Positions 25,273 through 38,106 are shown, numbered from the whole stretch's first letter. The stretch: 63,718 nt of DNA, filler included, from Folioceros fuciformis (GCA_049999805.1; 7 parts of 7 records of this genome joined end to end with filler, not necessarily neighbours in it); one strand, 5' to 3'. The notes: a model not told the origin generated them from the sequence alone. Translations and numbers: made by a program.

Positions 25273-25486
25273 TGATATCAGAGCAGAATACAATTTAGTG
25301 CTAGAATGCTGAGTCTATAGTTCGCATTATGCACATAATATAGCGCAGTCTATCTCAAAGTAGGCTACGTTGTGTGCATAATGGATTGTAGGCTCTGCGT
25401 GTTTAGCACTAGGTTAATTGATTCTAGAGAATATCTAAACTTCAAGTAAATGATGCAACTAGAAGTCACTAGAAAATCTTGTCGAT

Positions 25487-26032
25487 ATGACTCGTAGGAA
25501 TTCCAATCGTCCCTATCGGGCTGTTGAGAATTTCTGCAACCACAGGGCATGGCATCAGTCACCTAGTGGGAACTCAGATAGCTATCGGGAAGAGGAATCT
25601 TACCCATTCTTTACTCGGTTACAAAGGCTTACTAAGTTGTTTCTTGAGTCACAGCACAATTCTCCTTTTAACAGAAGCCAACGTAGAGCTGAGTATAGGA
25701 GAATTACGGCTACACATCGACAAGGAAATTCAACGTCAGAAGGCGATCGTGAAACTAGGCTATTTATTTCCAGCCTATGTGCAGAAATTGCAGCGCGTCT
25801 TTCAGTCCAAGAAGCAGCAATTTTAGAATTGCAATCAAGTATCTCAACAATTGGAGCATTGTCTTCAGCAATCCTGCACTTAGTTCAACGCGCCGACAAC
25901 CACATCATTGGAGCAAATGACTGCTTAGCTGATGTTGGAAGGGCAGTGATTTGTCTTACTACTTATCAAGGGTTGACGTTGAACATCCAGCCTGCTACAC
26001 CTCAAGGGAGGCAGGCACCTAAGTTGGCCTAG
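25487..26032 (+). CDS. Extra ORF between PBS and gag (181 aa, R-rich N-terminus, heptad-like C-terminus)
   Basis: ATG-initiated open frame inside the element, about 200 bp after the PBS and about 410 bp before gag. Confidence 0.55.
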   Translation: MTRRNSNRPYRAVENFCNHRAWHQSPSGNSDSYREEESYPFFTRLQRLTKLFLESQHNSPFNRSQRRAEYRRITATHRQGNSTSEGDRETRLFISSLCAEIAARLSVQEAAILELQSSISTIGALSSAILHLVQRADNHIIGANDCLADVGRAVICLTTYQGLTLNIQPATPQGRQAPKLA

Positions 26033-26443
26033 TTTAGTTCATATTCAATGCTTGTGGGCGCTCCATCAGAGGTGCAGGGCATCAGCCAACGCATGGCGAC
26101 GGGGGTCTGCAGCTTGATTTCAACCGCCGTGGTCATCAGACATTTCGGTTGGTCCTTCCTGACATTTGTCACCAAAACTCACATTTGAATAGGCATCTTG
26201 ATCTAAAAAATAACGTTTCATATCATGTTAAGTTTTTTGAACCGTTGCTAACCCTACAAAATGTCACTGGCATGCTGCTTACCGTTTCATGCCTTCTTTT
26301 TGGGATGAGTCAAATAGTGAGCTAGATGAGTCGTCAAATGTAGAGGAGGATTTTCTACGGTCTCTTGCATCTCAGTTTTCGATCTTTGTACTCCGGCATT
26401 CCTACAAAATCAACCACCCCCATAACCACGACCCATTATCAAT

Positions 26444-29400
26444 ATGGGTACTAATGTAGCAATTGGCTCTACTTATACGGGAGAGTTTAAAGAGAAGGAT
26501 CGGTTTGATGGGAAACCTGCTAGATTCGAGAGCTGGAAAGCTAGGATGAAAGCTCATCTGAATGCACGTGACATGTGGGAGTATGTGGATGGTTCGATCC
26601 CAAATCCCAACCTTGTCCCGTCCACTGCAGCACATCAACCCACAGCTGATGAAATAGCCAACTGGAACAAAGGGAGTAAAGTGGCATTTGCCATACTTTT
26701 CAATGGACTGGATGAGATAACAGTCACAGAAGTTGAGTTCCTTGAGACAGCAGCAGCTGTCTGGAATCAGTTAGTTGACACTTACCAGGTCAAAAATGTC
26801 TGCACCTTGATTCATGTTTGAGAACAATTTCACAGTCTTAGGATGAAGGAAGGGGATCCTGTTGGAACCTATGTCACAAAGTTGAGGTACCTCCGGGCAC
26901 AACTGTTTGCGGTGGGAGCCAAGACGATTGATGTGGAGATGGTTCCTCAACTGTTGACCGGCTTGCCTCCATCCTATCAGACTTTTATCTCAGGACAGAA
27001 TGCTTCCTTGCGTGCTGCCTACCAAGCAGCAGCCAGTGGACAGCCTACTACCTTGGACTTGAATGAAGTCATTGGAGCGCTCCTACAAGAGGAGCACAGC
27101 AGACACAAGTTAGGTGGCACTCATCTTCGAGGTGAGAAGGTCCTGTTTGCATCGAAAGGCAAAGGACCTTGGAAGGGGAAAGGAAAGAAGNNNNNNNNNN
27201 NNNNNNNNNNNNNNNNNNNNNNNNNNNNNNNNNNNNNNNNNNNNNNNNNNNNNNNNNNNNNNNNNNNNNNNNNNNNNNNNNNNNNNNNNNGCTGTCCGCG
27301 GTGGGAGCCAAGACGACTGATGTGGAGATGGTTGCTCAACTACTGATTGGCTTGCCTCCATCCTACCAAAATTTTATCTCAGGTCAGAATGCTTCCTTGC
27401 GTGCTGTCTACCAAGCAGCAGCCAGTGGACAACCTACTGCCTTGAACTTGAATGAAGTCATTGGAGCCCTCCTGCAAGAGGAGCAAAGAAGACATAAATT
27501 AGGTGGCACTCGTCTTCAAGGCGAGAAGGTCTTGTTTGCAACAAAAGGCAAAGGACCTTGGAAGGGGAAAGGAAAGAAGGGTAACTCATCTCAAAATCAA
27601 CATTCCTCGATGCCTGTCGCACCGAAAAGGCAAGGTAACTGCAATTGGTGTCAAGTGCCAGGTCACTGGGAACGTGACTGCCGCAAAAAGAAAGCTGGCG
27701 AGGCCAAGAGGGAGAGCAAGCCTGAGGCTCATGTCACATCCAGTGTGAAGATCAATTCTTCAAGTCAGTGGAAACCCAAGAGCAACAGTTCTATATTAAC
27801 AGTTTGCTTGACGTCTTACAGGGAAACTTCTTCCTCCTGGTTTGTTGATTCAGGTGCCACTGCACATGTCTGTACCAACCGTCAGCTGTTCTCCACCTTT
27901 CACAAACACACAAACAGAGGTCACCACAGTTAGTTTTTGTTGGGGACTCTAGAGGTGTAGAAGTTAAGGGCTGTGGAAATGTAACCATACCTTTGCTAGG
28001 AGGTGCGCTCTTGTACTTGGAAGATGTCCTGTACTTACCTGATATGAGCAAAAACCTACTGAGTATTAGGGCTGTGGCACAAAGTCAGCAGTATGGCTTC
28101 CGTTTTGAGGATAGGAAATGCTACATTTATGAGCTTAGTAACCCACAAGACTATGTAGCTAAAGCCATACTCGCCAATGATTTGTACCAGCTAGTCACAG
28201 TTACCAAGTCTAGAGCTAGGGCTTTAGTTGCTGCATCATATGCACAAGCTAATCTCTGGCATGCAAGGTTGGGTCATGTCAACAAGTTTAAACTGAACAT
28301 CATGGCCAATTCAGATTTGTATAGGGAGAAATTACCTTCTTGTTTCAAACTTTTAGAGCCTTGTAGCTCCTGTATTCTGTCCAAGCAGAAGGAGCTACCA
28401 TTTAAGAACAAGACACCTAATCGTGCCAAGGCCTTGCTTGAACTCATACACGTCGACATTGTTGGAAAAATTCAGGTCAAGTTGTTAGGAGGTGTTGAAT
28501 ACTATCTAACATTGACAGACGATTTTTCAAGATACACGTGGACATTTCCCATCAAACATAAGAGTGATGTGTATGATCATATTGCACCCTGGATCCCTAT
28601 GGTGCAACGCCAAACAGGCCATTTGGTGAAGTGTTTCAGGACTGATAACGGAGGAGAGTTCATAGGCTAGAAGTTTGATGATCTCTTCCAGCAGTTTGGA
28701 ATTATTCGCCAACTCTTTGTGCCCTACACGCAGCAGCAAAATGGGGATGCTGAGAGGAAAACCAAACACTCATGGGAATGACAAGATGCGTGTATCATAT
28801 GCAGGGCTGCAAAAAAACTACTGGGCAGAAGCAGTTGTGACAGCAACTTACTTGTTGAATAGAGTGGTCACATCTGCTATACCTGGAAAGACACCTTATG
28901 AAGCTTTCTAGGGAAGAAAGCCAAGCTTGTCACATCTCAAGGTCTTTGGATCACCAGCGTTTGCATTCATTCATGAAGCAAAGCGCAAGAAGTTAGATGA
29001 CAGGGCTAAACAGTTGGTGTTTGTTGGATACTCAGAGGAGTCAAAGGCTTACAAACTATTTGATCCAGCAACATCTAAAATAACTCTGTCCAAAAGTGCA
29101 ACTTTCAAGGAGCTTGTCCTCCGACAGACTGATGTGGACACAAGGGGTTCTTGCAGCTCTTCTCGTTCCAAGTCACTAGTGGACGAGCAATCTCTCATAG
29201 TCCCGGTCCATTATCCTCAATCTGATGGAGAGTCACCAGATGCTGATGATCACATAGTTGTGGATGATGTTATAAATCCTCTTGCTCCAGCTGCTCAGCG
29301 TGGACAGCTTATTCCTCAGAACCCTAATTTGTAGGTAGCTAATGATGATCTTTCAGCTAGTGTAGATCACTCCGAACATGAAGGCAGAGAAGATGAACAT

Positions 29401-30475
29401 CTTGCAGATGCTGCTTACCTTGAATCAGATATGGATGCAAATGCTGCAAGTGTTGTAAGCCATAGTGATGCTGGCTCTCTTGGTTCGGAAGACTTTCTCT
29501 TGAATTCAGATCATACAGAGGAAGAGGGAGCACCTCCTGCCGCTGCAGTGGGGGATACCTCCCCTCGGTATCCTGTCCGTGAACGCCTTCCATGGGCAGA
29601 GTGGCAGGAACACCTGTATCAGGCTATTGATTTTCGCAGACCATTAGCTCATGTTACTGATTTACATGTGCTTGAAGTTAGGCCTGATCCTTAGAGTTAC
29701 AAAGTGGCACTTGAAGGGCCCGATGGTAAACATTGGAGGACTTCGATTGATGATGAGTATAGCTCGTTGGTCAAGAACAATACATGGGAACTTAAAGATT
29801 TGCCTCCTGGCTGGAAACCTATCACATGCAAGTGGGTTTTCAAAACTAAACTAAAGGCAGATGGCACTATTGCTAGGTATAAATCACGACTAGTAGCTCG
29901 GGGTTTCTCACAGATACCTACAATTGATTATGGAGACACCTTTTCGCCAATGGTCAAACCGCATTCCGTTTGGATTTTGCTAGCCATGGCTGCTCACTTT
30001 GATCTCGAACTCCACTAGATGGATGCTTGCACAGCCTTTCTTCATGGGGAACTTGAGGAGGTCCTATACATGGACTACACTGAAGGATTTGTTGATAAGC
30101 AATTTCCTAATAAAGTCTGCAAGCTGTTAAAAACCATATATGGGCTCAAGCAGAGCCCTTGTGCATGGTACAAGAGGATCATGAAGTTCCTCACAAAGCA
30201 TGGCTTTATTCAATCTCCAGCAGATTCTAATGTTTTTTACCTCAATTTTGACGGGCTATTTGTCATTCTTGCTCTTTATGTAGATGATGCAATTTTGTTG
30301 AGCACCCGCCTCTTCTTCGGTCTTAATTTGAAATGACAGATCAGGCACCGCTTGCCTTCCATCTCGGTATACAAATCCTACGCGATAGGTTACACGGCAC
30401 CATCATTTTACATCAGACCAAATATATCACAGAAATTCTTAAGTGGTTTAATCTGGATTTTGCAAAACCTGTTTC
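26444..30475 (+). mobile_element. Ty1/copia gag-protease-integrase-RT, degenerate, broken off within RT
   Basis: FKEKDRFDG, CNWCQVPGHWERDC, WFVDSGATAH, LWHARLGH, IHVDI, RTDNGGEF, KSRLVARGFSQ, LYVDD; multiple stops and frameshifts. Confidence 0.95.
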
Positions 30476-30563
30476 ATCATCCGGAGGCAATTATCACTCT
30501 TGTCCTTCATTCCAAATATCTCACCAGTAGCACTGATAGTTTTTGCTACTATAATCAGCAAAT

Positions 30564-31594
30564 TGTAAATAAACAACACGGAAGCTCTCGTACACCAAAC
30601 TCGCACAAGAGAATGAATTATTATTAACTTCAGTAAAAAAAATTGTCTTAAATACTTCTGTAATGTAACCCTAACGTTAACCATGCGAGGTTAACTAGAC
30701 ATTACTAAATAACCCTAACACTCCCTCTTAACCGAACAGGGTTAACAAAATCGGGCCTACAAAAAACGGTGTTTAGGGCTAGCTCTCGTATCTAGTCTTA
30801 GAGTCATTAAGACTGAGCAGGCAAGCGAAGCATGAGCGATTCTTGAGTTACATGCAGGACAGGCGAGGACATAAGCGCAAGGAACAAGCGATGTCCGGCT
30901 GTGTGGCCATGAAGACAAATAGTGAGCTTGCGCTTGCAGTCATGTGCATCATCACAGCAAAGAGCATAGCGGCAGGCAACAGCATGGAGGCATGGCGCAA
31001 GCAGAACCTGGCTACTAAGGAGGGAATGACCACCACCAAGGCTGGCGCGGCCGCGTTCTTGGAGATGAACTCAGCAATTTCGACGGTGATGGTCGACCCA
31101 AGTCCCTACTGTGCTGTAGAGAGGGCTAAGCATTCGGCATGGTGGCCAACGCTGGCAGATCAAAATCTGGTCTCACACCTCATGCTGACTCTGAAGAAGA
31201 TGGAGGAGCTTGACCGCGTACTTCAGTTCGCCAAATTGAGGTCAATTGAGCTGGAAGAACTGGTGGCTAGAATCCTTGCTTGCCTACCTCGCATGTTTCC
31301 ACTTACAGTTCCTGAGATCCAGGAGATGGCCAAGGAGCTGAAGGATATGGGCTTCGAGAGCACACTACAAAAATCAGAAGAAGCATCTTACATTGAGAAT
31401 GATCGTGTGTCGTAAAATAACAAAAGCAATGTCTTGTATCTTATGCCATACGTTATGGCGGTTAGGTATTTTTGTGATTATGTGTCTTTTCACGTTAGGC
31501 TATCTAGCCCTAGCTAAAACTTATTTAACTTAATCTAGTTGTTGACTAGCTGACGCTAGACTATTCCTAGGCTTCACTTTGCACCCCCACTTAG
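30564..31594 (-). mobile_element. Inverted copia 3' end: 3' LTR (30564-30720), PPT and 3' internal region
   Basis: The reverse complement reads TTAAGAGGGAG-TGTTAGGG...TTTACA and matches the 25110 LTR apart from about a dozen substitutions and one 6-bp indel. Confidence 0.88.
30843..31415 (+). CDS. Antisense accessory ORF in the copia 3' region (WWP...PLT helical protein)
   Basis: Open 190-aa frame antisense to the element; homologous to a decayed frame at about 61560-61860. Confidence 0.6.
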   Translation: MSYMQDRRGHKRKEQAMSGCVAMKTNSELALAVMCIITAKSIAAGNSMEAWRKQNLATKEGMTTTKAGAAAFLEMNSAISTVMVDPSPYCAVERAKHSAWWPTLADQNLVSHLMLTLKKMEELDRVLQFAKLRSIELEELVARILACLPRMFPLTVPEIQEMAKELKDMGFESTLQKSEEASYIENDRVS

Positions 31595-31694
31595 NNNNNN
31601 NNNNNNNNNNNNNNNNNNNNNNNNNNNNNNNNNNNNNNTTAATTAATTAANNNNNNNNNNNNNNNNNNNNNNNNNNNNNNNNNNNNNNNNNNNN
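31595..31694. other. Artificial contig-join linker
   Basis: N-TTAATTAATTAA-N. Confidence 0.97.
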
Positions 31695-32202
31695 TTACAC
31701 CAGATCTCAATGGGACTAAAACAATTCTGCATCCGAGCTTACTTGCGACCTTTACTTCAAGCAAGCTGTAGGCCGCCTGTAGGTATGAATGGACAGAAGC
31801 ACGAAATAGGCAGGCTTGGTGCTCGGAACAGAAGTCCACAGCGAGGGGGAATCCGCAGGCGCAGGCGCAGGCGGGAGAGGCACGAGGGAAGGAGGATGTT
31901 GTCGAGAAGTGGATGTCGGCCGATTTGCGTATGCTGTCGGCCAATGATCTGTAGGCCCCTGTAGGGATTAGGAAAACGGAGAATGGAGGGAGCGGGAGGC
32001 AAGATGCGGAGAGAGAGCGGAGGTTGACGGGGCCAGTGCCGGGCACGACTAGACTGCAAGTGCGCCGTGCTCTTTGTGCTGTCCGCAGCGGAGCCAGCGA
32101 AAACGAGAGCGAAGTGACGAGCATCAGAGTACGAGTGCCGGAAGCGAGAGGGCAGGGTAGGGCAGGAGCAGGAGCAGGGAAGGCGCACAGCAAGGCGGCC
32201 AT
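31695..32202 (-). CDS. Possible first exon of a gene with an organellar transit-peptide-like N-terminus (partial)
   Basis: MAALLCAFPAPAPALPCPLASGTRT...RTAQRARRTCSL is S/A/R-rich and acid-poor; runs into the contig end; no domain recognised. Confidence 0.3.
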
Positions 32203-33043
32203 AGCCACTTCCTTCACCGGACTGCCGCTCACACTGAACATGTTACAAAGAGCGTGTGCGGGCCGGGTAGGGCGGCGGGAGCGGGAGCGGGAGCTGAGGC
32301 CAGGGCGGCGCGCACCAAGCAGCAGGCAGCAGGCAGGCGGACAGTGGGAGCACTGGACTACTTACTACCTCGGCTCGTCTCGTCTCCTCACACACTCAAG
32401 GCTGGCGATGGAGGAATCCAGGTCCGGTCGGAGGTGGGGGCCGCTCTCCTTGGCGCATGTTGGTGCATGTGCCGTGTGTGTGCGGCGCCAATGTCCTTCA
32501 GGAAGTGTAAGACCCCGCCACAATCTCCTCTCTCCTCTCCCCTCTCTCCTCTGTCCTCGAGGTGGTGTCGCTGTTGCCGTGAACTCCACTGTACATACAT
32601 ACATCATGGCAGGTGGCGCAGGAAAGGAAGGCAACGACCGGGGTCCAGGCCGTCACTCGGCTCCAACGGCCCTGACACGTCCCGAATTAAGATTTCCCGG
32701 TAGCCAGCCCGCCCGCCCGCCCGCCCGGTCGGACCCATGTGCCTCGCATTCATAGCNNNNNNNNNNNNNNNNNNNNNNNNNNNNNNNNNNNNNNNNNNNN
32801 NNNNNNNNNNNNNNNNNNNNNNNNNNNNNNNNNNNNNNNNNNNNNNNNNNNNNNNNCCCGCCCTTCAAGCTTCTGTCACCACCTGCTCTCCGCCTCCCTC
32901 CTTTTCTCTACCACTTCACGCCCGCCCGTATGCTGACTATAATGGGACTCCACTCTCATTAACTTGCCGCAACTTAGTCGTTCCATTAAAAAACGAGTTC
33001 GTCTCGTGTTAAGGGAACGCACAACGTTGTACAAGACTTGAGT

Positions 33044-33102
33044 TCAGGTCAGGTAATGTCAGGTGAAGTCAGGTGAAGTCAGGTGAAGTCAGGTCAGTTC
33101 AG
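33044..33102. repeat. Short tandem repeat (CAGGTGAAGT)n
   Basis: Three perfect copies plus degenerate flanking copies. Confidence 0.8.
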
Positions 33103-34864
33103 TACTCTGACCCAAGGACAAATATTTCCTTTCTCAGTATGATATTTTTTTTCTTATTAAATAGAAATAATAGATTCCAAATGTTACTGATCACTGTGTG
33201 TGTATGTTGACCCCTCTAGCTAGCTAGCTGTCCAGCATGTGATGTGCATTTTAAAACTGTGGTACTGTTGTTGGAGCATCTTGTGTCTCGGTCTTGTTGT
33301 AGCTTGTGTGTTATTGGCATCTCTAACAATCCGTGCAAGTTTTGTATGATTAATTTAATATTGATTAAAATGGGTTAATTTATGTAATCTTGATTGATTC
33401 CAACTCATTGTTCTTATCTGGATGGTACCTTTTTAATCAGTCTTGTCTGACAAGGAAGAATCCTTCAGTGGTGTGTTAATGTAGTGTATGTGTTGGTACG
33501 GAGAGATGGGCAGTGGGCACTAGGGCTCATGACATTTCCATTGCGATTTGGATGAATCCCAAGGGCCAGGGAAGACGAGGCCAGGCCAGGCCAGGCCAGG
33601 CCAGGGAGAGGCAGACGTGTCCTTGATACGATTTGGAGACACAGCCCGAGTGGGTCGTGGCCGTTGTGGGGAGTAGTGATGGGCTGCCACTTGGCCCGGA
33701 GGGCCGGAAGGTGCGTGCAAGCAACGATGTGGGCGGAGCCGGGCCGGGGGCCCGGGGCCCGGGGGCCCGGTACTGTGCGACGTGTTGGGAGAACCCGGTC
33801 TGGAAACCGGAGCAGATGGCCCGGCCTGTCCCCGGGCCTGCCTGCCATGTGGTAACTTCGAGATAGGGACGTATCATCGGCGCAGTCATGAGAAAATTGT
33901 CTTTGACACAAGAGCCACGCGCCGCCCCGCTCTGCTCTTCTCTTCTGGGTTGCTGCTAATTTCAGGATAATCCGGGGGGCCGAAATTAGAGAGGGGCGCG
34001 GGGCACGGGGTGGCGGGACCCACGACAATCGGAGCAAGTATGTATATTACGGTGTGACGCTCGGTGCTCCTCAACCTTTTTTTTTTTTCCCCTACTCTTT
34101 TGCCGGGCTTCGAGCCCGCACTTGGCTCTCCGCCCTTCCCTCTTGTCGTCTGCATTGCTGCAGTCGCTGAAGTGAGTGTGTTCGCGGTGCTCTGCGATTT
34201 GGAGCTGGAGCGCGGTTTGGATTGTGTGGTTTGTGGACCCGTCTGCGTTCAGGGTTGACAGTCTTGTTGAGTGGCGAGGTGAAGAGTGGGCGGCTCTGGA
34301 CAGCCAAGGTGAGGCTCGACCTGGACGGCTTTTTGATTGCTTGTTTAGATTTTTCTTGCTTTGTTTTGCATCGCTGCCGGCTTGGTGCCCGGGCTTGCTT
34401 GCAGTGGAGGCACTGGCTTGGCTTTGAGATTGCTCTGTGTGTGTGTATCGACATAGCATCGGTTGGATCCCGGTTGGTGTGTTGGAACTCGTTTCCATCG
34501 AGTTGTGCTTGCCTGTACTGTATGTCTGAGGAACGGGTGTTGCGTAGTGGTGAGGCCGAGTTGCTTACGGAGCGTGTGTTGTCTGTGACCCCTGTCTGTC
34601 CCGGTTGTTGATTGTCAGCGGTCTTCTTGTTTGTTTTTGTCTTCTTTGGAGTTGAGCGTGCGGCGAAGTGATTGCTTGCGTGCTTCTTGCGGCGGTCCCG
34701 GTCGCTGGTGTGCTGCTGTCCTGGAAACGCACGGGTGTCGGATCTTTCGGCTGCGGGAACTTGACACGGCACCTAATTTTCGGTGGATCGTGGTCCAGAC
34801 GCTACTGCAATTTGCCAAGATGCACGCTCCGAACCTTCTCAAGATTGTGTTGAAGCCTCGTACG

Positions 34865-35368
34865 ATGGCATCGGGGCTGGACAAGGCGGGGAAGAGGAGC
34901 GGTGAGAGCGCTTCCTGTGAGAAGCAGGTTACGCGCTCATCGACCGATTCGGTGTTGGCCGCGAGGCCGGCCTCGGCAAAGATGGCCTGCTTGTGTGCTC
35001 CGACCAAGCATGCAGGCTCCTTCAGGTGCAGGCTTCATCGTGCCGGACAAACACAATGGGCCAGTCATGGGAGTTCGTCGCGAGCTACAGTGCCCAATCC
35101 GGAGCGGGAGACGGTGAGAGCTACAGCGCCCAATCCGGAGAGGGCGATGCAAGCAATCTCGGCTCCCGTCAGTATCTTGGATTTGGAGAGGCCCAACCGG
35201 GGAGACAAGAAACGAGCGCCTGCTGCCTTTCGCTCAGCTTCTATCTCACCTCCCTCAAGTCCTGAGAAGCGTCCCAGCAGGTTCAGCAGGGTCGGGGTTG
35301 CTGATTCCCTCGACGAGTCTGCCGTACGTGGTCACAGGATGCTCTCTGTGTCGTCGACTGTCGAGTGA
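34865..35368 (+). CDS. Plant serine-rich protein with CLCAPTKHAGSFRCRLHR motif
   Basis: Conserved plant motif CxCxPTxHxGSFRCRxH and a C-terminal PSR(L/F)S motif; an alternative upstream ATG lies at 34820. Confidence 0.8.
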   Translation: MASGLDKAGKRSGESASCEKQVTRSSTDSVLAARPASAKMACLCAPTKHAGSFRCRLHRAGQTQWASHGSSSRATVPNPERETVRATAPNPERAMQAISAPVSILDLERPNRGDKKRAPAAFRSASISPPSSPEKRPSRFSRVGVADSLDESAVRGHRMLSVSSTVE

Positions 35369-36410
35369 GTATTCCTTGTTCCTTCAGTTCAGGGCTTGGG
35401 CTTGGGTTAGGTTATTTGCCTTGCAGGGCCTTTTCATGATGGCATTCATTCCTCTTTCCTTTCAGGACCTCTGGTGTGGGGGGCTTCTCCAGGTATCTTT
35501 CGAGGAACGGAGCACCTTCCACCGGGCTATCCGAAACCCTCGTCCGTTGAAGGACCTGAGACACATCCGAGACCCGGAATAGAATAGGTACTCATCCTGA
35601 TTGCTGGTCCCCCGGATACTGGTTTTAAAAACTTTGTACATTTGTTTTTCTCGACTTGTCCAGAACGGACCTACTTGTACATTGAGGATTAATTTCATTT
35701 TTTTAATAGCATGATTTGCGTCATTCTCTACCCTTTGTTTGTAAAGTGTTCACAGTCAAAGACTAGGGTTGAATTGCAGTAGACACGCAACTCCATGATG
35801 TACAGAATCCTTTTTCGCTTGGTACAAGGACCAGTTGACTCCCTGAACCCTGCTAGCAGCACACTTTAATTCCAGTTCTACGGCGGCACCTACACACTTG
35901 TTTCACCGTCTAACAACCTTTACAAGAGGCTGAACCTCTTCACGAGGCAACTGTGCAACAACTGGCAGCTGCCCTCAACTCAATTAACGTACCACTGTGA
36001 CAGAGTAGCTAATGATGAAACGCACGTCAGCGCGTCTGATATTTCTTTGTCTGCGGATGGAGACTGAACAAGTTGCACATCTATCGTGCTCGCACAGTCG
36101 TGTAGCACACACTTCATAAGAGTTCCAAAACTTAATCTTAAATGCCCCATACACAGAAGCTCTCACAACATGGAAGCCAAAACATTCCAGGGCCCACACA
36201 ATGTGCCAAACACAACAATGCAGAGCCCACGTATAATTCGCCAGAAACACCATACCAATAGTAGTAATCATACTAGAAGTGAATGAAGCGAAACTCGCAT
36301 CACAGGTAGTAGTAGATTCTCTGTGCCAGGTAGAACCTTCGTTGGCAAACGGCGAACATAGTTGACGGCATCAGGCCTCCAGTATCCAGGTATTAAGCAT
36401 TTTCCACATC

Positions 36411-37162
<752 letters not shown>

Positions 37163-38006
37163 CTCGGCGAAGCCGCGATTCCCCCGCCTTCTCCAACCAC
37201 AAATCTGTCAAGACCAGTCTCTGCGCAACTCTGATGAGAGGGCAGAATCTCAAGACCTAAGGGGAGCCCGTTCAAGAACGGGAACGCAACGTAACGCAAC
37301 GCAGCGCGTCAGTAAAACTAAAACACCGTGGTAACTTCGAGGTGTCACCTAGAGAATTCCCAAATGTGTTCAAACAACATGTAGATTCCTGAACACCTTA
37401 CAATTTACATACACAGTACACTTATCGCGGTCCGTTAGTAGGAAATACAAAGAAGCATAACATAAGCATTAATCGACTCACCCTTTAACCTCAGGGGCGA
37501 TCATCTTATTTGGCGGGTATTCATTACCGGGTATCGCGTGGCGTGTAAGGTCGGAAAGGGCTGAAATAGAAAAAAAAAACAAAACAAAAAAAGGTAAAAA
37601 TTGTAGATAATCGAAACGACAAGATACCTCCGTCGTCACGGGACGATAAGCGGAGTCATTTCATTTCACCTGGTCTGACTCATCCATTGTCGCCTGGCCT
37701 GCCTTTGCCGTGGCCGTGGCAGAGGAGTAGGTAATGGGGTCGAGCAGGAGGAGAGTGGAGTGCGTCTGCGTCGCAGCAGCAGTACGGCAGCCCCGGCTTG
37801 CTTGAGCTTGTGTGCAAGGCTTGAAGGCCGCTGAGCGTAAGACGTGCAGCGCAGCGCAGGGCCGGGAAGGCAGGGCACGCCAGGCCGGACTCTTACTTAG
37901 TTTTCTTCTTCTTCCTGTCGGGCTCCATTCTGCTCTCCTCTTGCTGCATGTCCCGTGCCTTATATGGGGAAGCGTAATTAGGGAGGGAAGGGGGCCAGTG
38001 TATGCG

Positions 38007-38106
38007 NNNNNNNNNNNNNNNNNNNNNNNNNNNNNNNNNNNNNNNNNNNNTTAATTAATTAANNNNNNNNNNNNNNNNNNNNNNNNNNNNNNNNNNNNNN
38101 NNNNNN
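38007..38106. other. Artificial contig-join linker
   Basis: N-TTAATTAATTAA-N. Confidence 0.97.

Noticed and set aside
32024-34800. Numerous overlapping long ORFs
   Set aside because: GC-rich promoter/UTR/intron sequence with low-complexity R/P/G/A translations in all frames.
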